This document shows positions 37,727-49,323 of a DNA stretch of 64,000 bases, one piece after another. Position 1 is the stretch's first letter; each line of letters starts with the position of its first letter. Origin of the DNA: Pseudomonas aeruginosa PAO1 (GTDB taxonomy: Bacteria; Pseudomonadota; Gammaproteobacteria; Pseudomonadales; Pseudomonadaceae); the NCBI RefSeq assembly GCF_000006765.1, contig NC_002516.2; one strand, given 5' to 3'. Position numbers and translations under genes: made by a program. The notes below the pieces were generated by a model that was given only the letters and a program-made list of their open reading frames with translations, was not told the DNA's origin and did not search any database.

Positions 37727-39562
37727 ATGGACCAGAACGCTATCCTGCTCGCTCTCGGCGGCATCGGTGCCGCCGCCCTGCTCAGTCAATGGCTGGCCTG
37801 GCGCCTGCGCCTGCCAGCCATTCTTTTCCTGCTGCTGTCCGGGATCGTCGCCGGCCCGCTACTCGGCTGGCTCGATCCGGACGAGATGTTCGGCCCCCTG
37901 CTGTTCCCACTGGTATCCCTGGCAGTGGCGCTGATCCTCTTCGAGGGCAGCCTGACCCTGCATTTCAGCGAATGGAAGGAAATCGGCACCGTGGTGCACC
38001 GAATGGTGACCATCGGCGCGCTCTCGACCTGGGGCGTGATCGCCCTGGCCGCCCACTACCTGCTCGACTTCAGCTGGGAAATGGCCCTGCTGTTCGGCAC
38101 CCTGACCCTGGTCACCGGGCCCACGGTGATCGTTCCGATGCTGCGGGTGGTCCGGCCCAAGGCCGCGGTGGCGAACATCCTGCGCTGGGAAGGCATCGTC
38201 ATCGATCCCATCGGCGCCCTGCTGGCGGTAGTGGTGTACAGCTTCATCATCTCCAGCGGCGAAGGCGATGGCTGGCTACACAGCCTGCAGACCTTCGGTG
38301 GAGTGATCCTCTGCGGCAGCCTGTTCGGCATCCTCGGCGGCTGGGCGCTGGGCATCGTCCTGCGCCGCCACTGGCTGCCGGACTACCTGCACAACCTGGC
38401 GACGCTGGCCGCGGTGCTGGGCGTATTCATCGCCTCGAACCGGGTGATGCACGAATCCGGACTGCTCGCCGTCACCCTGATGGGAATGGGCCTGGCCAAC
38501 ATGAAGGGCGTCGACGTACGGCAGATCCTGCACTTCAAGGAAAACCTCAGCGTCCTGCTGATTTCCGGCCTGTTCATCCTCCTGGCCGCGCGCCTGGACA
38601 TCAATGCCCTGCTCGGCCTGGGCCCGGCGGCGCTGCTGGTGCTGCTGCTGATCCAGTTCGTCGCCCGGCCGCTGAACGTGGCGCTGTCGACCTGGGGTTC
38701 GCCGCTGAGCTGGCGCGAGCGCGCCCTGCTCAGCTGGATCGCCCCGCGCGGGATCGTCGCCGCGGCGGTCTCGGCGATCTTCGCCATCCGCCTGAGCGCC
38801 GAAGGCCATGCCCAGGCGGCGCTGCTGGTGCCGCTGACCTTTCTGGTGATCATCGGCACGGTGGTCCTGCAAAGCGCCACCGCCCGCCCCCTGGCGCGCC
38901 TGCTGAAGGTCGCCGAGCCCTCGCCCAGCGGCTACCTGATCGTCGGCGCCAATCCGGTCGGGCGCGCCATCGGCAAGGCCCTGAAGAGCCTCGGCAGCCG
39001 CGTGCTGCTGACTGATTCGAGCTGGGAAAACATCCGCGCCGCCCGCATGGACAACCTGCCCACCTATTTCGGCAATCCCACCTCGCAGCACGCCGAAGCC
39101 CACCTCGACCTGGTCGGCATCGGGCATTTGCTGGGGGTTTCTCCAGCCGGCGAGCTGAATACCCTGGCGGCCATGCGCTTCCGCCACGAGTTCGGCCATC
39201 GCCAGCTGTTCGGCCTGCCGACCAGCCAGGAAGCCAAGCGTACCGACAAGCACCGCTCCAGCGACGAACACCGTGGCCGCCCACTTGGCCAGCGACCGCT
39301 GACCTACGCGCAGTTCGCCAGCCTGCTGTCGCGCGGCGCCGAAATCCGCACCACCCTGCTCACCGACACCTTCGGCTGGAACGACTACCAGGCGCTGCAC
39401 GGCGAGTCCGCGATCCTGCTGTTCGCCCGCGATCCGAACGGCAGGATGCACGTCGCCACGCCACAGTCCACGCTGGCGCCGGGCACCGGCTGGACGCTGC
39501 TGTCGCTGATCGACGCGGAACCGTCAGTCAGCAAGTCGCAGGCCACGGAAATCGCCGACTAG
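37727..39562 (+). CDS. CPA1 cation/H+ antiporter with C-terminal RCK/TrkA-N-like domain (about PA3739)
   Basis: ILFEGSLTL, VTGPTVIVP, WEGIVIDP, APRGIVAAAV. Confidence 0.9.
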   Translation: MDQNAILLALGGIGAAALLSQWLAWRLRLPAILFLLLSGIVAGPLLGWLDPDEMFGPLLFPLVSLAVALILFEGSLTLHFSEWKEIGTVVHRMVTIGALSTWGVIALAAHYLLDFSWEMALLFGTLTLVTGPTVIVPMLRVVRPKAAVANILRWEGIVIDPIGALLAVVVYSFIISSGEGDGWLHSLQTFGGVILCGSLFGILGGWALGIVLRRHWLPDYLHNLATLAAVLGVFIASNRVMHESGLLAVTLMGMGLANMKGVDVRQILHFKENLSVLLISGLFILLAARLDINALLGLGPAALLVLLLIQFVARPLNVALSTWGSPLSWRERALLSWIAPRGIVAAAVSAIFAIRLSAEGHAQAALLVPLTFLVIIGTVVLQSATARPLARLLKVAEPSPSGYLIVGANPVGRAIGKALKSLGSRVLLTDSSWENIRAARMDNLPTYFGNPTSQHAEAHLDLVGIGHLLGVSPAGELNTLAAMRFRHEFGHRQLFGLPTSQEAKRTDKHRSSDEHRGRPLGQRPLTYAQFASLLSRGAEIRTTLLTDTFGWNDYQALHGESAILLFARDPNGRMHVATPQSTLAPGTGWTLLSLIDAEPSVSKSQATEIAD

Positions 39563-39674
39563 ACTTCAACGAACCGACGAAAGACCGTCGTCACCCTATC
39601 CAAGGTTGGGTGACAAACGAAGCCCACGAAGAGGATGATTGCATCTAGCCATCATCCTCTTTTTTCATCAGGCC

Positions 39675-40361
39675 ATGACCATGTCCAATCAACAACATTC
39701 CCGCCTGGGCCAGATCCTGATCAACAAGGGGCTGATTAGCGCCGCCCAACTGGACGCCGCGATCCAGGCGCAGTTGAGCAACCACAAGCGCCTGGGCGAA
39801 ACCCTGATCGAGCAGGGCCTGCTGAGCGAACGGCAACTGAAGAAGGCGCTGAAGAAGCAGACCAACCTGCGCCTGGCCGCGACCCTGGTCGCCGCCCTGC
39901 TCAGTCCGTTCCAGATGGCCAGCGCCGACATCCAGCGTATGCAGCCGCCAGCGGCCATGAGCCGCCAGGAATTGCCGAAGAACCTGCGTCCGCTGACCGA
40001 CGTCGAGATGAGCAACGTCAACGCCCAGGGCCTCAACGAAAGCCTCGAGGGCCTGTTCCTGAAGGCCGAGGGCGGCGACGGACTGGCCGCGGTGAAGCAA
40101 CTGGCGAAGCTGGTGATGCCGATGCTCGACAGCCTGGAGGCGGAAACCTCGATGAGCGACGTTCGCTACGAAACCGGCAAGACGCAAAGCACGCTCAACC
40201 CCGACGGCTCGGTCAACCTGCGCCTGCCGAGCAGTATCGGCGAGGTGCGCTTCGACAATATTCGCATTGCCGGCGCGCCGCGCGAGCAGACGTTCGGCAG
40301 CGTCAGCCTGCAACAGATCGACCTGTCCCAGGCCTCCCTGAAGATCAGCCTGCGGCCCTGA
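39675..40361 (+). CDS. MshEN c-di-GMP-binding domain protein (about PA3740; start 39675 or 39681)
   Basis: Two 24-aa RLGxxLxxxGxxxxxxLxxAxxxQ motifs separated by 5 aa (39702-39860). Confidence 0.88.
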   Translation: MTMSNQQHSRLGQILINKGLISAAQLDAAIQAQLSNHKRLGETLIEQGLLSERQLKKALKKQTNLRLAATLVAALLSPFQMASADIQRMQPPAAMSRQELPKNLRPLTDVEMSNVNAQGLNESLEGLFLKAEGGDGLAAVKQLAKLVMPMLDSLEAETSMSDVRYETGKTQSTLNPDGSVNLRLPSSIGEVRFDNIRIAGAPREQTFGSVSLQQIDLSQASLKISLRP

Positions 40362-40394
40362 TCCCAACCCAGGGCCGGATCGTCCGGGGATATG

Positions 40395-40422
40395 GAAAAG
40401 GCACCCGTGGGTGCCTTCTTTC
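40395..40422. terminator. Bidirectional intrinsic terminator
   Basis: AAGGCACC-cgtg-GGTGCCTT with flanking A/T runs between convergent genes. Confidence 0.7.
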
Positions 40423-40430
40423 CGCCTGTC

Positions 40431-40856
40431 TCAAGCCGCCTGGCTGGCCGGGAACCCCGGCAGGACCGGAACCGGCCGCTTTTCGTCGTCGATGGCAACG
40501 AAGCTGAACAGGCCGTGTATGGCCTTCTCGCGACCGTCGGCGTACATGCTTTCCAGGTACACCTCGACCTCCACCTTGAGGCTGGTGTTGCCGACCTTGA
40601 CCACCCGTCCGACCAGTTCGACGATCGAGCCCGCCGGGATCGGGTGGTTGAAGTCGATGCGATCGGTGGAAACGGTCACCAGCGGCAGGCGGCAGAAACG
40701 GGTCGCGGTGATGAACGAGACCTCGTCCATCCAGGCCAGCGCAGTCCCGCCGAACAGGGTGTTGTGGTGATTGGTGGTGGGCGGGAATACCGCCTTGGTC
40801 ACACGGGTTTCGGAAAGCTCGGTGCGACGCAGGATTTCTTGCTCTCTGGGGGTCAT
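40431..40856 (-). CDS. Hotdog-fold acyl-CoA thioesterase (about PA3741)
   Basis: VFPPTTNHHNTLFGG.ALAWMDE, VVKVGNTS. Confidence 0.9.
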   Translation of the reverse strand: MTPREQEILRRTELSETRVTKAVFPPTTNHHNTLFGGTALAWMDEVSFITATRFCRLPLVTVSTDRIDFNHPIPAGSIVELVGRVVKVGNTSLKVEVEVYLESMYADGREKAIHGLFSFVAIDDEKRPVPVLPGFPASQAA

Positions 40857-40963
40857 GCCACGAATACCGGATGGAGTGGCTGCCTGGGTGCCGCGGATGT
40901 TGTACTGGTTATGCGCTGCCGTGGGCAGTAGGAAGCGCCGCCGGAAAGGCGAACGCCAGACAT

Positions 40964-40990
40964 GAAAAAAGCAGCCCTCGGGCTGCTTTT
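40964..40990 (-). terminator. Intrinsic terminator of the rpsP-rimM-trmD-rplS operon
   Basis: AAAAGCAGCC-cgag-GGCTGCTTTTTT on the minus strand just after the rplS stop. Confidence 0.88.
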
Positions 40991-41007
40991 CTCGGAGAAG
41001 AACCGGA

Positions 41008-41358
41008 TTAGACCAGTTTTTCCTTGATGCGCGCGGCCTTGCCGGACAGGGCGCGGAGGTAGTACAGCTTGGCCTTGCGCACGTCGCCGCGACGCTTGAC
41101 GCTCAGGCTGTCGACGATCGGGCTGTAGGTCTGGAAGGTACGTTCCACGCCCACGCCGTTGGAGATCTTGCGCACGGTGAAGGCGCTGTTCAGGCCACGG
41201 TTGCGCTTGGCGATAACGACGCCTTCGAAGGCCTGCAGACGCTGACGGTCTCCTTCCTTCACCTTGACCTGGACGATCACGGTATCGCCGGGGGCGAACG
41301 CCGGGATCTCTTTGTTCATCTGTTCAGCTTCGATCTGCTGAATGATCTTGTTGGTCAT
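41008..41358 (-). CDS. rplS: 50S ribosomal protein L19
   Basis: [39 protein letters not shown]. Confidence 0.99.
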
Positions 41359-41399
41359 GCTGTGCTCCTAAGACCGGCAATCGGCCAGCCATCGATACG

Positions 41400-42158
41400 T
41401 TAACTATCGTCCCGCTGACGGATATATTCCGCCAGCAGCTTCTGCTCTTCTCCAGAAAGCGAGCGGCTATCCAGAAGATCGGCGCGTCGTTCCCAGGTCC
41501 GCCCAAGGGCCTGCTGCAAACGCCAACGCCGGATGTGTTCATGGTTGCCACTGAGCAACACTTCAGGAACACGTTTGTCCGCGTACACCTCGGGTCGGGT
41601 GTAGTGCGGGCAGTCGAGCAGGCCATCCGTGAAGGAGTCCTCCTCGGCGGAATCTGCATGACCCAATGCACCGGGCAGCAACCGCGTCACTGCATCGACC
41701 AGCACCATGGCCGGCAACTCACCGCCGGACAGGACATAATCGCCGATCGACCATTCTTCATCGACGTGCTCTTCGATGAAGCGCTCGTCGATGCCTTCGT
41801 AGCGCCCGGCGATGAGGATCAACGCTTCCTCTTCGGCCAGTTCGCGTACGCCCGCCTGCGTCAGCTGGCGGCCTTGCGGCGAAAGGTAGATCACCTTCGC
41901 CTTCCTGCCCCCGGCGGCTTGCCTGGCATCCGCCAGCGCGCCCTCCAGAGGCTTGATCTTCATCACCATGCCAGGGCCACCGCCGAAGGGCCGGTCGTCC
42001 ACCGTCTGGTGGCGGTCCTCGGTGTAGTCCCGTGGATTCCAGCAGGTCAGCGTGAGCAACCCCTGCTTTACCGCACGGCTGGTGATGCCATAGTCACTGA
42101 TCGCGCGGAACATCTCCGGAAAGATGCTGACGACGCCCACCCACAAACGCTTGTCCAT
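41400..42158 (-). CDS. trmD: tRNA (m1G37) methyltransferase
   Basis: [33 protein letters not shown]. Confidence 0.99.
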   Translation of the reverse strand: MDKRLWVGVVSIFPEMFRAISDYGITSRAVKQGLLTLTCWNPRDYTEDRHQTVDDRPFGGGPGMVMKIKPLEGALADARQAAGGRKAKVIYLSPQGRQLTQAGVRELAEEEALILIAGRYEGIDERFIEEHVDEEWSIGDYVLSGGELPAMVLVDAVTRLLPGALGHADSAEEDSFTDGLLDCPHYTRPEVYADKRVPEVLLSGNHEHIRRWRLQQALGRTWERRADLLDSRSLSGEEQKLLAEYIRQRDDS

Positions 42159-42164
42159 GGATGA

Positions 42165-42692
42165 TCAGAAGTCCGCGTCCCAGTCCACCCGCATCTCGCC
42201 AGCGGCCAGGTCGATCGACAGCACGCACTGCCCGGTGTAGGGCAACAGGCGCTCGCGGTCGTCCAGGCTGCCCGCGCAGGGCTTGACCACCATGACATCG
42301 TTGGCACCGGTTTCCAGCAGATGGTCGATCACGCCGAGCAACTGCCTGCCCTGGTCGATCACCTTCAGGCCTTCCAGCTGGTGCCAGTAGTACTCACCTT
42401 CCTCGAGAGAGGGCAACTCGCTACGCGGGATGCAGATCTCGTAACCGGTGAAGGTGCGGGCCTCTTCGCGATCGTCGAGCCCCTTGAGCTTGGCGGCCAG
42501 GACCTTGCCATGCAGGCGCCCCCTGACCAGCTCGGCCTGCCGAATCTCGCCGTCGCGCCGGAGCGTCCAGCGGCGATAGTCCAGCAGGTTGTCCAACGGG
42601 TCGGTAAAGGAATACACCTTCACCTCACCGCGGATGCCGTACACCGAAACGATCTTGCCGATCACGACCAGGTCGTCGGCGGGTGTCGGCAT
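42165..42692 (-). CDS. rimM: 16S rRNA maturation factor RimM (alternative start 42701)
   Basis: GKIVSVYGIRGEVKV, EYYWHQLEG, ETGANDV. Confidence 0.97.
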   Translation of the reverse strand: MPTPADDLVVIGKIVSVYGIRGEVKVYSFTDPLDNLLDYRRWTLRRDGEIRQAELVRGRLHGKVLAAKLKGLDDREEARTFTGYEICIPRSELPSLEEGEYYWHQLEGLKVIDQGRQLLGVIDHLLETGANDVMVVKPCAGSLDDRERLLPYTGQCVLSIDLAAGEMRVDWDADF

Positions 42693-42707
42693 TTCACTCA
42701 TGACGGC

Positions 42708-42959
42708 TTAGGCGTTTGCCTTGGCAGCGTCCTTGAGCAGCTGAGCAACGCGCTCAGACGGCTGTGCACCCTGGCCGAGCCAGTAGGTAGCACGCTCCTG
42801 GTCGACGGACAGACGCACTTCGCCACCAGTCGCAACCGGGTTGAAGAAACCGATGCGCTCGACGAAGCGACCATCGCGCGCATTGCGGCTGTTGGTCACG
42901 GTCAGGTGGTAGAAGGGGCGCTTTTTGGAGCCGCCACGAGCAAGACGGATGGTTACCAT
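42708..42959 (-). CDS. rpsP: 30S ribosomal protein S16
   Basis: [31 protein letters not shown]. Confidence 0.99.
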   Translation of the reverse strand: MVTIRLARGGSKKRPFYHLTVTNSRNARDGRFVERIGFFNPVATGGEVRLSVDQERATYWLGQGAQPSERVAQLLKDAAKANA

Positions 42960-43030
42960 GTGAACTTCGTTCCTGTAGTCGGTGCTTGCAAAATGAATGC
43001 ACGCTGGGCCCACGGCCCGAAAGGCCGCAT

Positions 43031-43058
43031 ATTCTAAGGATTATCGGGGAATTTGCAA
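43031..43058 (-). promoter_or_regulatory. Predicted sigma70 promoter of the rpsP operon (TTGCAA-16-TAGAAT)
   Basis: Near-consensus hexamers about 70 bp upstream of rpsP. Confidence 0.65.
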
Positions 43059-43168
43059 ATCTCTTTTTCGGCCACCCATCGGCCGGCGCGGAGAGCGCGG
43101 GAAGCACACGGTCCGCCCGCCGGCCGACGGAGCGAAACCGCCGGCGTGGCCAGCGGCCGCGCGTCCGA

Positions 43169-44542
<1,374 letters not shown>

Positions 44543-44842
44543 GCGCGATCCTTCCACGGGGGTTGCGGCAAGCGGCGGATTATAACCAAGAGCGCGTCGC
44601 GGGACACGCGATGAAAGACGGAGTGTGTGTCCGGCGACGACCGGAGGCCAGCCTCAAGTCCTTGATTTGCCGATGCGTTCCGTCTTTGCCGAAGCGACCG
44701 CCGGACCATGAGGTCGCGGCGCCCGCGGCAGGCGGTCCGCCAACCCGGCCACAGGTACGAGAGAACTGTTCGCAACGGCTTTCTCGCGACGCTCGATCTA
44801 TGCCAAACTCCCATCCTTTCGGGCCCGCGATTACAAGGACTT

Positions 44843-45643
44843 ATGCATCCCCTGCTGCCCAGCCTCATCGCTGCTGTTCTCTATCTCGGCACCGCCGCCT
44901 ACCAGGGTGCCTGTGTGTCCAAGCGCACCGCGCCGGGCAAACCCCTGCTGCTCCTGTTCGGACTCCTGGCACTGGTCGCCCACGCCTTCAGCCTCTACCA
45001 GCAATTGCTGACCCCGGCCGGCCTGGTGCTGGACTTCTTCAACGCCGCCAGCCTGATCGCCGCCGCGGTAATTCTCCTGACCCTGCTGGCGACCTTGCGG
45101 ATACCGGTGGAGAACCTGCTCCTCCTTCTATTCCCGCTGGGCGCCCTCACCACCCTGCTGGCGGTACTCATCCCCCACGGCACCGTCGAGCCGATCAACG
45201 AACAGCCGGGCATCCTGGCCCACATCCTGCTCTCGATCCTGGCCTACGGCCTGCTCACCATCGCGGTGTTCCAGGCGCTCTTGCTGCTGCTCCAGGACTA
45301 CCGCCTCAAGCACAAGCATCCGTCCGGGCTGATCCGCAACTTCCCGCCCCTGCAAACCATGGAAAGCCTGCTGTTCGGCTTCCTCTGGGGCGGCTGGTCG
45401 CTGCTTTCGCTGTCGCTGCTGTCCGGATGGCTGTTCGTCGACAACCTGTTCGCCCAGCACCTGGCGCACAAGACCATCCTGTCCTGCTTCGCCTGGGTGG
45501 TCTTCGCCGTGCTCCTCTGGGGTCGCCACCAGCTCGGCTGGCGGGGCCACAAGGCGATCCGCTGGACCCTGGCCGGTTTCTGCCTGTTGATGTTGGCGTA
45601 CTTCGGCAGCAAGCTGGTGCGGGAATTCATCCTGCACATCTGA
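44843..45643 (+). CDS. CcsA-like cytochrome c assembly family membrane protein (YpjD-like; about PA3747)
   Basis: HILLSILAY, PPLQTME, HKTILS; divergent from ffh as in enterobacteria. Confidence 0.85.
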   Translation: MHPLLPSLIAAVLYLGTAAYQGACVSKRTAPGKPLLLLFGLLALVAHAFSLYQQLLTPAGLVLDFFNAASLIAAAVILLTLLATLRIPVENLLLLLFPLGALTTLLAVLIPHGTVEPINEQPGILAHILLSILAYGLLTIAVFQALLLLLQDYRLKHKHPSGLIRNFPPLQTMESLLFGFLWGGWSLLSLSLLSGWLFVDNLFAQHLAHKTILSCFAWVVFAVLLWGRHQLGWRGHKAIRWTLAGFCLLMLAYFGSKLVREFILHI

Positions 45644-45655
45644 TGGGCCTCCTTC

Positions 45656-46948
45656 ATGGATGAGCTGCACCCCGGGTACCTGGTCGGCCTGCTGGTTCTC
45701 TTGGTCGCCTGCTCGGCGTTCTTCTCCTGCGTCGAGACCGCCCTGCTCAACCTCGACCGTTACCGCCTGCGCCTGCAGGCCAAGCAAGGCCTGCGCGGGG
45801 CCCGGCGCAGCAGTTGGCTGCTGCTGCACGACGACCGCCTGCGCGGCACCCTGTTGTTCGGCCGCACCCTGGTCAACGTCAGCGCCGCCGCCCTGGCCAG
45901 TTGGGCCGCGCTGCGCCACTGGGGCGTCATCGGCCTGGCCGTCGCCATCCCCGGCATGACCCTGCTCCTGCTGCTGTTCGGCGCCCTGCTGCCGCGCCGC
46001 TACGGCGCCCTTCGCTCGGAACGCGTCGCCCTGCCGCTCAGCCTGCCGCTCCTGATCCTGCAGCGCCTGTGCTGGCCCCTGCTGTGGCTACTGACCCTGC
46101 TGAGCAACGCGCTGCTGCGCCTGCTCGGCGTCGCCGCGGCGGAACAGGACGACAGCGGACGCAGCCGCGACGAAGAGGCCCTGCATCCGGCCGACAACCC
46201 CCAGGCCAGCGAGGTCAACCGGCATGACATGCTGCTCGGCCTGCTGGACCTGGAGAAGGTCACGGTCAACGACCTGATGATCCCGCGCAACGAAATCGAA
46301 GGCATCGACCTCGACGACGAACTCGAGGTCATCGTCGAGCAGTTGCGCACCACCAGCCACACCCGCCTGCCGGTCTACCGCGACGACGTCAACCAGATCG
46401 AAGGGGTCGTGCACATGCGCCAGATCGCGCGCCTGCTGACCCAGGGCCGCCTGACCAAGGAGAATCTCCGCCAGGCCTGCATGGAGCCGTATTTCGTGCC
46501 GGAAAGCACGCCGCTGTCGACCCAGTTGGTGAACTTCCAGAAGGAGAAGCGCCGTATCGGCGTGGTGGTCGACGAATATGGCGAGGTGATCGGCATCGTC
46601 ACGCTGGAGGACATCCTCGAAGAGATCGTCGGCGACTTCAACGACCTCGACAGCCTCGACAACCCGGATATCCAGGCCCAGGAGGACGGCAGCTTCGTCA
46701 TCGACGGCAGCGCCAACCTGCGCGAGCTGAACAAGTCGCTTGGCTGGCAATTGCCCTGCGACGGCCCGAAGACCCTCAACGGCCTGGTCACCGAAGCCCT
46801 GGAGCAGATCCCCGATTGCGCGGTGTGCCTGCGCATCGGCCCCTACTGCCTGGAAATCCAGCAGTCGGCGGAAAACCGTGTGAAAAGCGTGCGCGCCTGG
46901 CATCCCCGCGCGCTGACCCCGCTGGTCGAAAGCGACGCCAGCGTCTGA
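45656..46948 (+). CDS. HlyC/CorC (CNNM-CBS-CorC) transporter-associated protein, YfjD-like (about PA3748)
   Basis: SAFFSCVETA, CBS pair (HTRLPVY; VVVDEYGEVIGIVTLEDILEEIVG), CorC tail. Confidence 0.9.
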   Translation: MDELHPGYLVGLLVLLVACSAFFSCVETALLNLDRYRLRLQAKQGLRGARRSSWLLLHDDRLRGTLLFGRTLVNVSAAALASWAALRHWGVIGLAVAIPGMTLLLLLFGALLPRRYGALRSERVALPLSLPLLILQRLCWPLLWLLTLLSNALLRLLGVAAAEQDDSGRSRDEEALHPADNPQASEVNRHDMLLGLLDLEKVTVNDLMIPRNEIEGIDLDDELEVIVEQLRTTSHTRLPVYRDDVNQIEGVVHMRQIARLLTQGRLTKENLRQACMEPYFVPESTPLSTQLVNFQKEKRRIGVVVDEYGEVIGIVTLEDILEEIVGDFNDLDSLDNPDIQAQEDGSFVIDGSANLRELNKSLGWQLPCDGPKTLNGLVTEALEQIPDCAVCLRIGPYCLEIQQSAENRVKSVRAWHPRALTPLVESDASV

Positions 46949-47251
46949 TCCGGGATTGCCGAACCGGCCCCGCGGCGCTCTATAATCGACCCCAGCTTAT
47001 CCAGCCCTGCCGCCGGTTCCGCCGCTACCCGCAGCCCGAGCCCCGGCCAGTCACCCGCCAGTCCCGCCTGCCCGCCCGGCCCCGATGCCGACGGTACCAG
47101 CCGGCGCACGGCGCGCAGCCCCATCCTCCCTGCGCGACCGATCTCGTCCGCCCCACCCGGGCGCCGCGCCGCCGCATCGGCGCACTGGCCATAACCATCC
47201 GGCCGCACGGAAGCACTCCGTCGTGCCCCGACTGCCAGGGACCTTCCCACC

Positions 47252-48565
47252 ATGACCGCCGCCACCCTCGCCGCCGACGCCGCTCCGGAACCGGCCAACT
47301 CGACCACCCGGGTCGCAGTCGCCAGCTTCATCGGCACCGCCATCGAGTTCTACGATTTCTACGTCTATGCCACTGCCGCCGCCCTGGTGATCGGTCCGGT
47401 ATTCTTCCCGCAGACATCCGGCACCGCGCAGATGCTCAGCGCCTTCCTCACCTTCGGCATCGCCTTCCTCGCCCGTCCGCTGGGCTCGGCGCTGTTCGGC
47501 CACTTCGGCGACCGCATCGGGCGCAAGTCGACCCTGGTCGCCTCGCTGCTGCTGATGGGGGTATCCACCACCCTGATCGGCGTCCTCCCCGGCTACGACA
47601 GCATCGGCTACTGGGCGCCGTTGCTGCTCTGCGTGCTGCGCTTCGGCCAGGGCCTCGGCCTCGGCGGCGAGTGGGGCGGCGCCGCGCTGCTGGCCACGGA
47701 GAACGCGCCGGCCGGCAAGCGCGCCTGGTTCGGCATGTTTCCCCAGCTCGGCCCGTCGATCGGCTTCCTCGCCGCCAACGGCCTGTTCCTGGCCCTGGCG
47801 ATGCTGCTCAGCGAGGAGCAGTTCCGTGAGTGGGGCTGGCGGATCCCGTTCCTGCTCAGCGCGGCGCTGGTCGTGGTCGGCCTCTACGTACGCCTGAAGC
47901 TGGCGGAAACCCCGGTGTTCGCCAAGGCCATGGCCAAGCACGAGAGGGTCCGCCTGCCGATCGCCGAGCTGTTCGCCCAGCACTGGCGGCCGACCCTGCT
48001 CGGCGCCCTGGCGATGGTGGTGTGTTATGCGCTGTTCTATATCTCCACGGTGTTCTCGCTGAGCTACGGGGTGGCCAGCCTCGGCTTCAGCCGCGAGGAG
48101 TTCCTTGGTCTGCTGTGCCTCGCGGTGCTCTTCATGGCCGCCGCCACGCCGCTGTCGGCCTGGCTCAGCGACCGCTTCGGACGCAAGCCGGTACTGCTGC
48201 TCGGCAGCCTGGCGGCGATCGCCTCCGGCTTCGCCATGGAGCCGCTGCTCAGCCAGGGCTCGACGTTCAGCGTCGCCCTGTTCCTCTGCATCGAGCTGTT
48301 CCTGATGGGGGTCACCTTCGCCCCGATGGGCGCGCTGCTGCCGGAAATATTCCCCACCCACGTGCGCTACACCGGCGCGTCGGCGGCCTACAACCTGGGC
48401 GGCATTCTCGGCGCCTCGGTGGCGCCCTATATCGCCCAGAAGCTGGTCGGCATCGGCGGCCTGGGCTGGGTCGGCGGCTACGTCTCCGCAGCGGCGCTGC
48501 TCAGCCTGCTGGCGGTGCTGTGCCTGAAGGAAACCCGCGACAACGACCTCGGCGCAGTGTCCTGA
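47252..48565 (+). CDS. MFS transporter, MHS family (YhjE-like; about PA3749)
   Basis: GTAIEFYDFYVY, FGHFGDRIGRK, GLGLGGEWGGA. Confidence 0.93.
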   Translation: MTAATLAADAAPEPANSTTRVAVASFIGTAIEFYDFYVYATAAALVIGPVFFPQTSGTAQMLSAFLTFGIAFLARPLGSALFGHFGDRIGRKSTLVASLLLMGVSTTLIGVLPGYDSIGYWAPLLLCVLRFGQGLGLGGEWGGAALLATENAPAGKRAWFGMFPQLGPSIGFLAANGLFLALAMLLSEEQFREWGWRIPFLLSAALVVVGLYVRLKLAETPVFAKAMAKHERVRLPIAELFAQHWRPTLLGALAMVVCYALFYISTVFSLSYGVASLGFSREEFLGLLCLAVLFMAAATPLSAWLSDRFGRKPVLLLGSLAAIASGFAMEPLLSQGSTFSVALFLCIELFLMGVTFAPMGALLPEIFPTHVRYTGASAAYNLGGILGASVAPYIAQKLVGIGGLGWVGGYVSAAALLSLLAVLCLKETRDNDLGAVS

Positions 48566-48572
48566 GTCTCGC

Positions 48573-49322
48573 TCAGGCTACCGCGACGCCGCCCTTCTCC
48601 CTCGCCGCCAACCAGTCGGCGAGGGCCCCGGCCCAGACCTGGTAGCCCAGCTGCGACGGATGAAAGCCGTCGATGGCCAGGTAGCCCGGAAGCAGGTCCA
48701 GCGAGATCGGGCAGTAGCCGGCGCCGGTCGCGCCAGCGAGATCGCGCAGCGCCTCGTCGAGCAGCCGCCCGCGCCACCCCAGCAGGGCCCGCAGCAACCC
48801 GGGCAAGGCGGAAAAATGCCGCAGCGGCGGCACCGCGGTGCAGGTCACCTGCGCGCCGGCCGCCTGGAAGCCTTCGATCAGGGCCGCGCAGTCGGCACGC
48901 CAGCGTTCGAGGGAGCGCAGGCTGGTGGTGTCATTGACGCCGAAGACCAGGATCACCTGGTCGAAGAAACGTCCCGCCACCTGCGGTAGCAGGCGTTCGC
49001 GCGCCTCGCCGCTGGTGATGCCGTTCTCGCCCAGCGCCTGCCAGGCCACCGGGCGGCGCAGACGCTCGCCCAGCGCCGCGGCCAGGCGGCCGGCCAGGGC
49101 GTAGTCCAGGCAACTGGCGCCGACCCCGGCCACTGTCGACTCACCGAATAACAGCAAGCGCAGCGGCTCTTCGGCACCGGACCCACCGACCAGCCCTTCG
49201 CGAGGTCCCGCCGCGGGCGCCAGGCGCAAGGCTCGGCGGCGGGTGCGGATAGCCAGCGGCACCGCCAGCGGCAGCAACGGCAGAGCCGCCGCCCACCAGG
49301 CCAGCGTTGCCAGCCGGCGCAT
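48573..49322 (-). CDS. SGNH/GDSL hydrolase (about PA3750)
   Basis: LFGESTVAG block I, FGVND block III, DGFHP block V. Confidence 0.88.
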   Translation of the reverse strand: MRRLATLAWWAAALPLLPLAVPLAIRTRRRALRLAPAAGPREGLVGGSGAEEPLRLLLFGESTVAGVGASCLDYALAGRLAAALGERLRRPVAWQALGENGITSGEARERLLPQVAGRFFDQVILVFGVNDTTSLRSLERWRADCAALIEGFQAAGAQVTCTAVPPLRHFSALPGLLRALLGWRGRLLDEALRDLAGATGAGYCPISLDLLPGYLAIDGFHPSQLGYQVWAGALADWLAAREKGGVAVA

Positions 49323-49323
49323 C

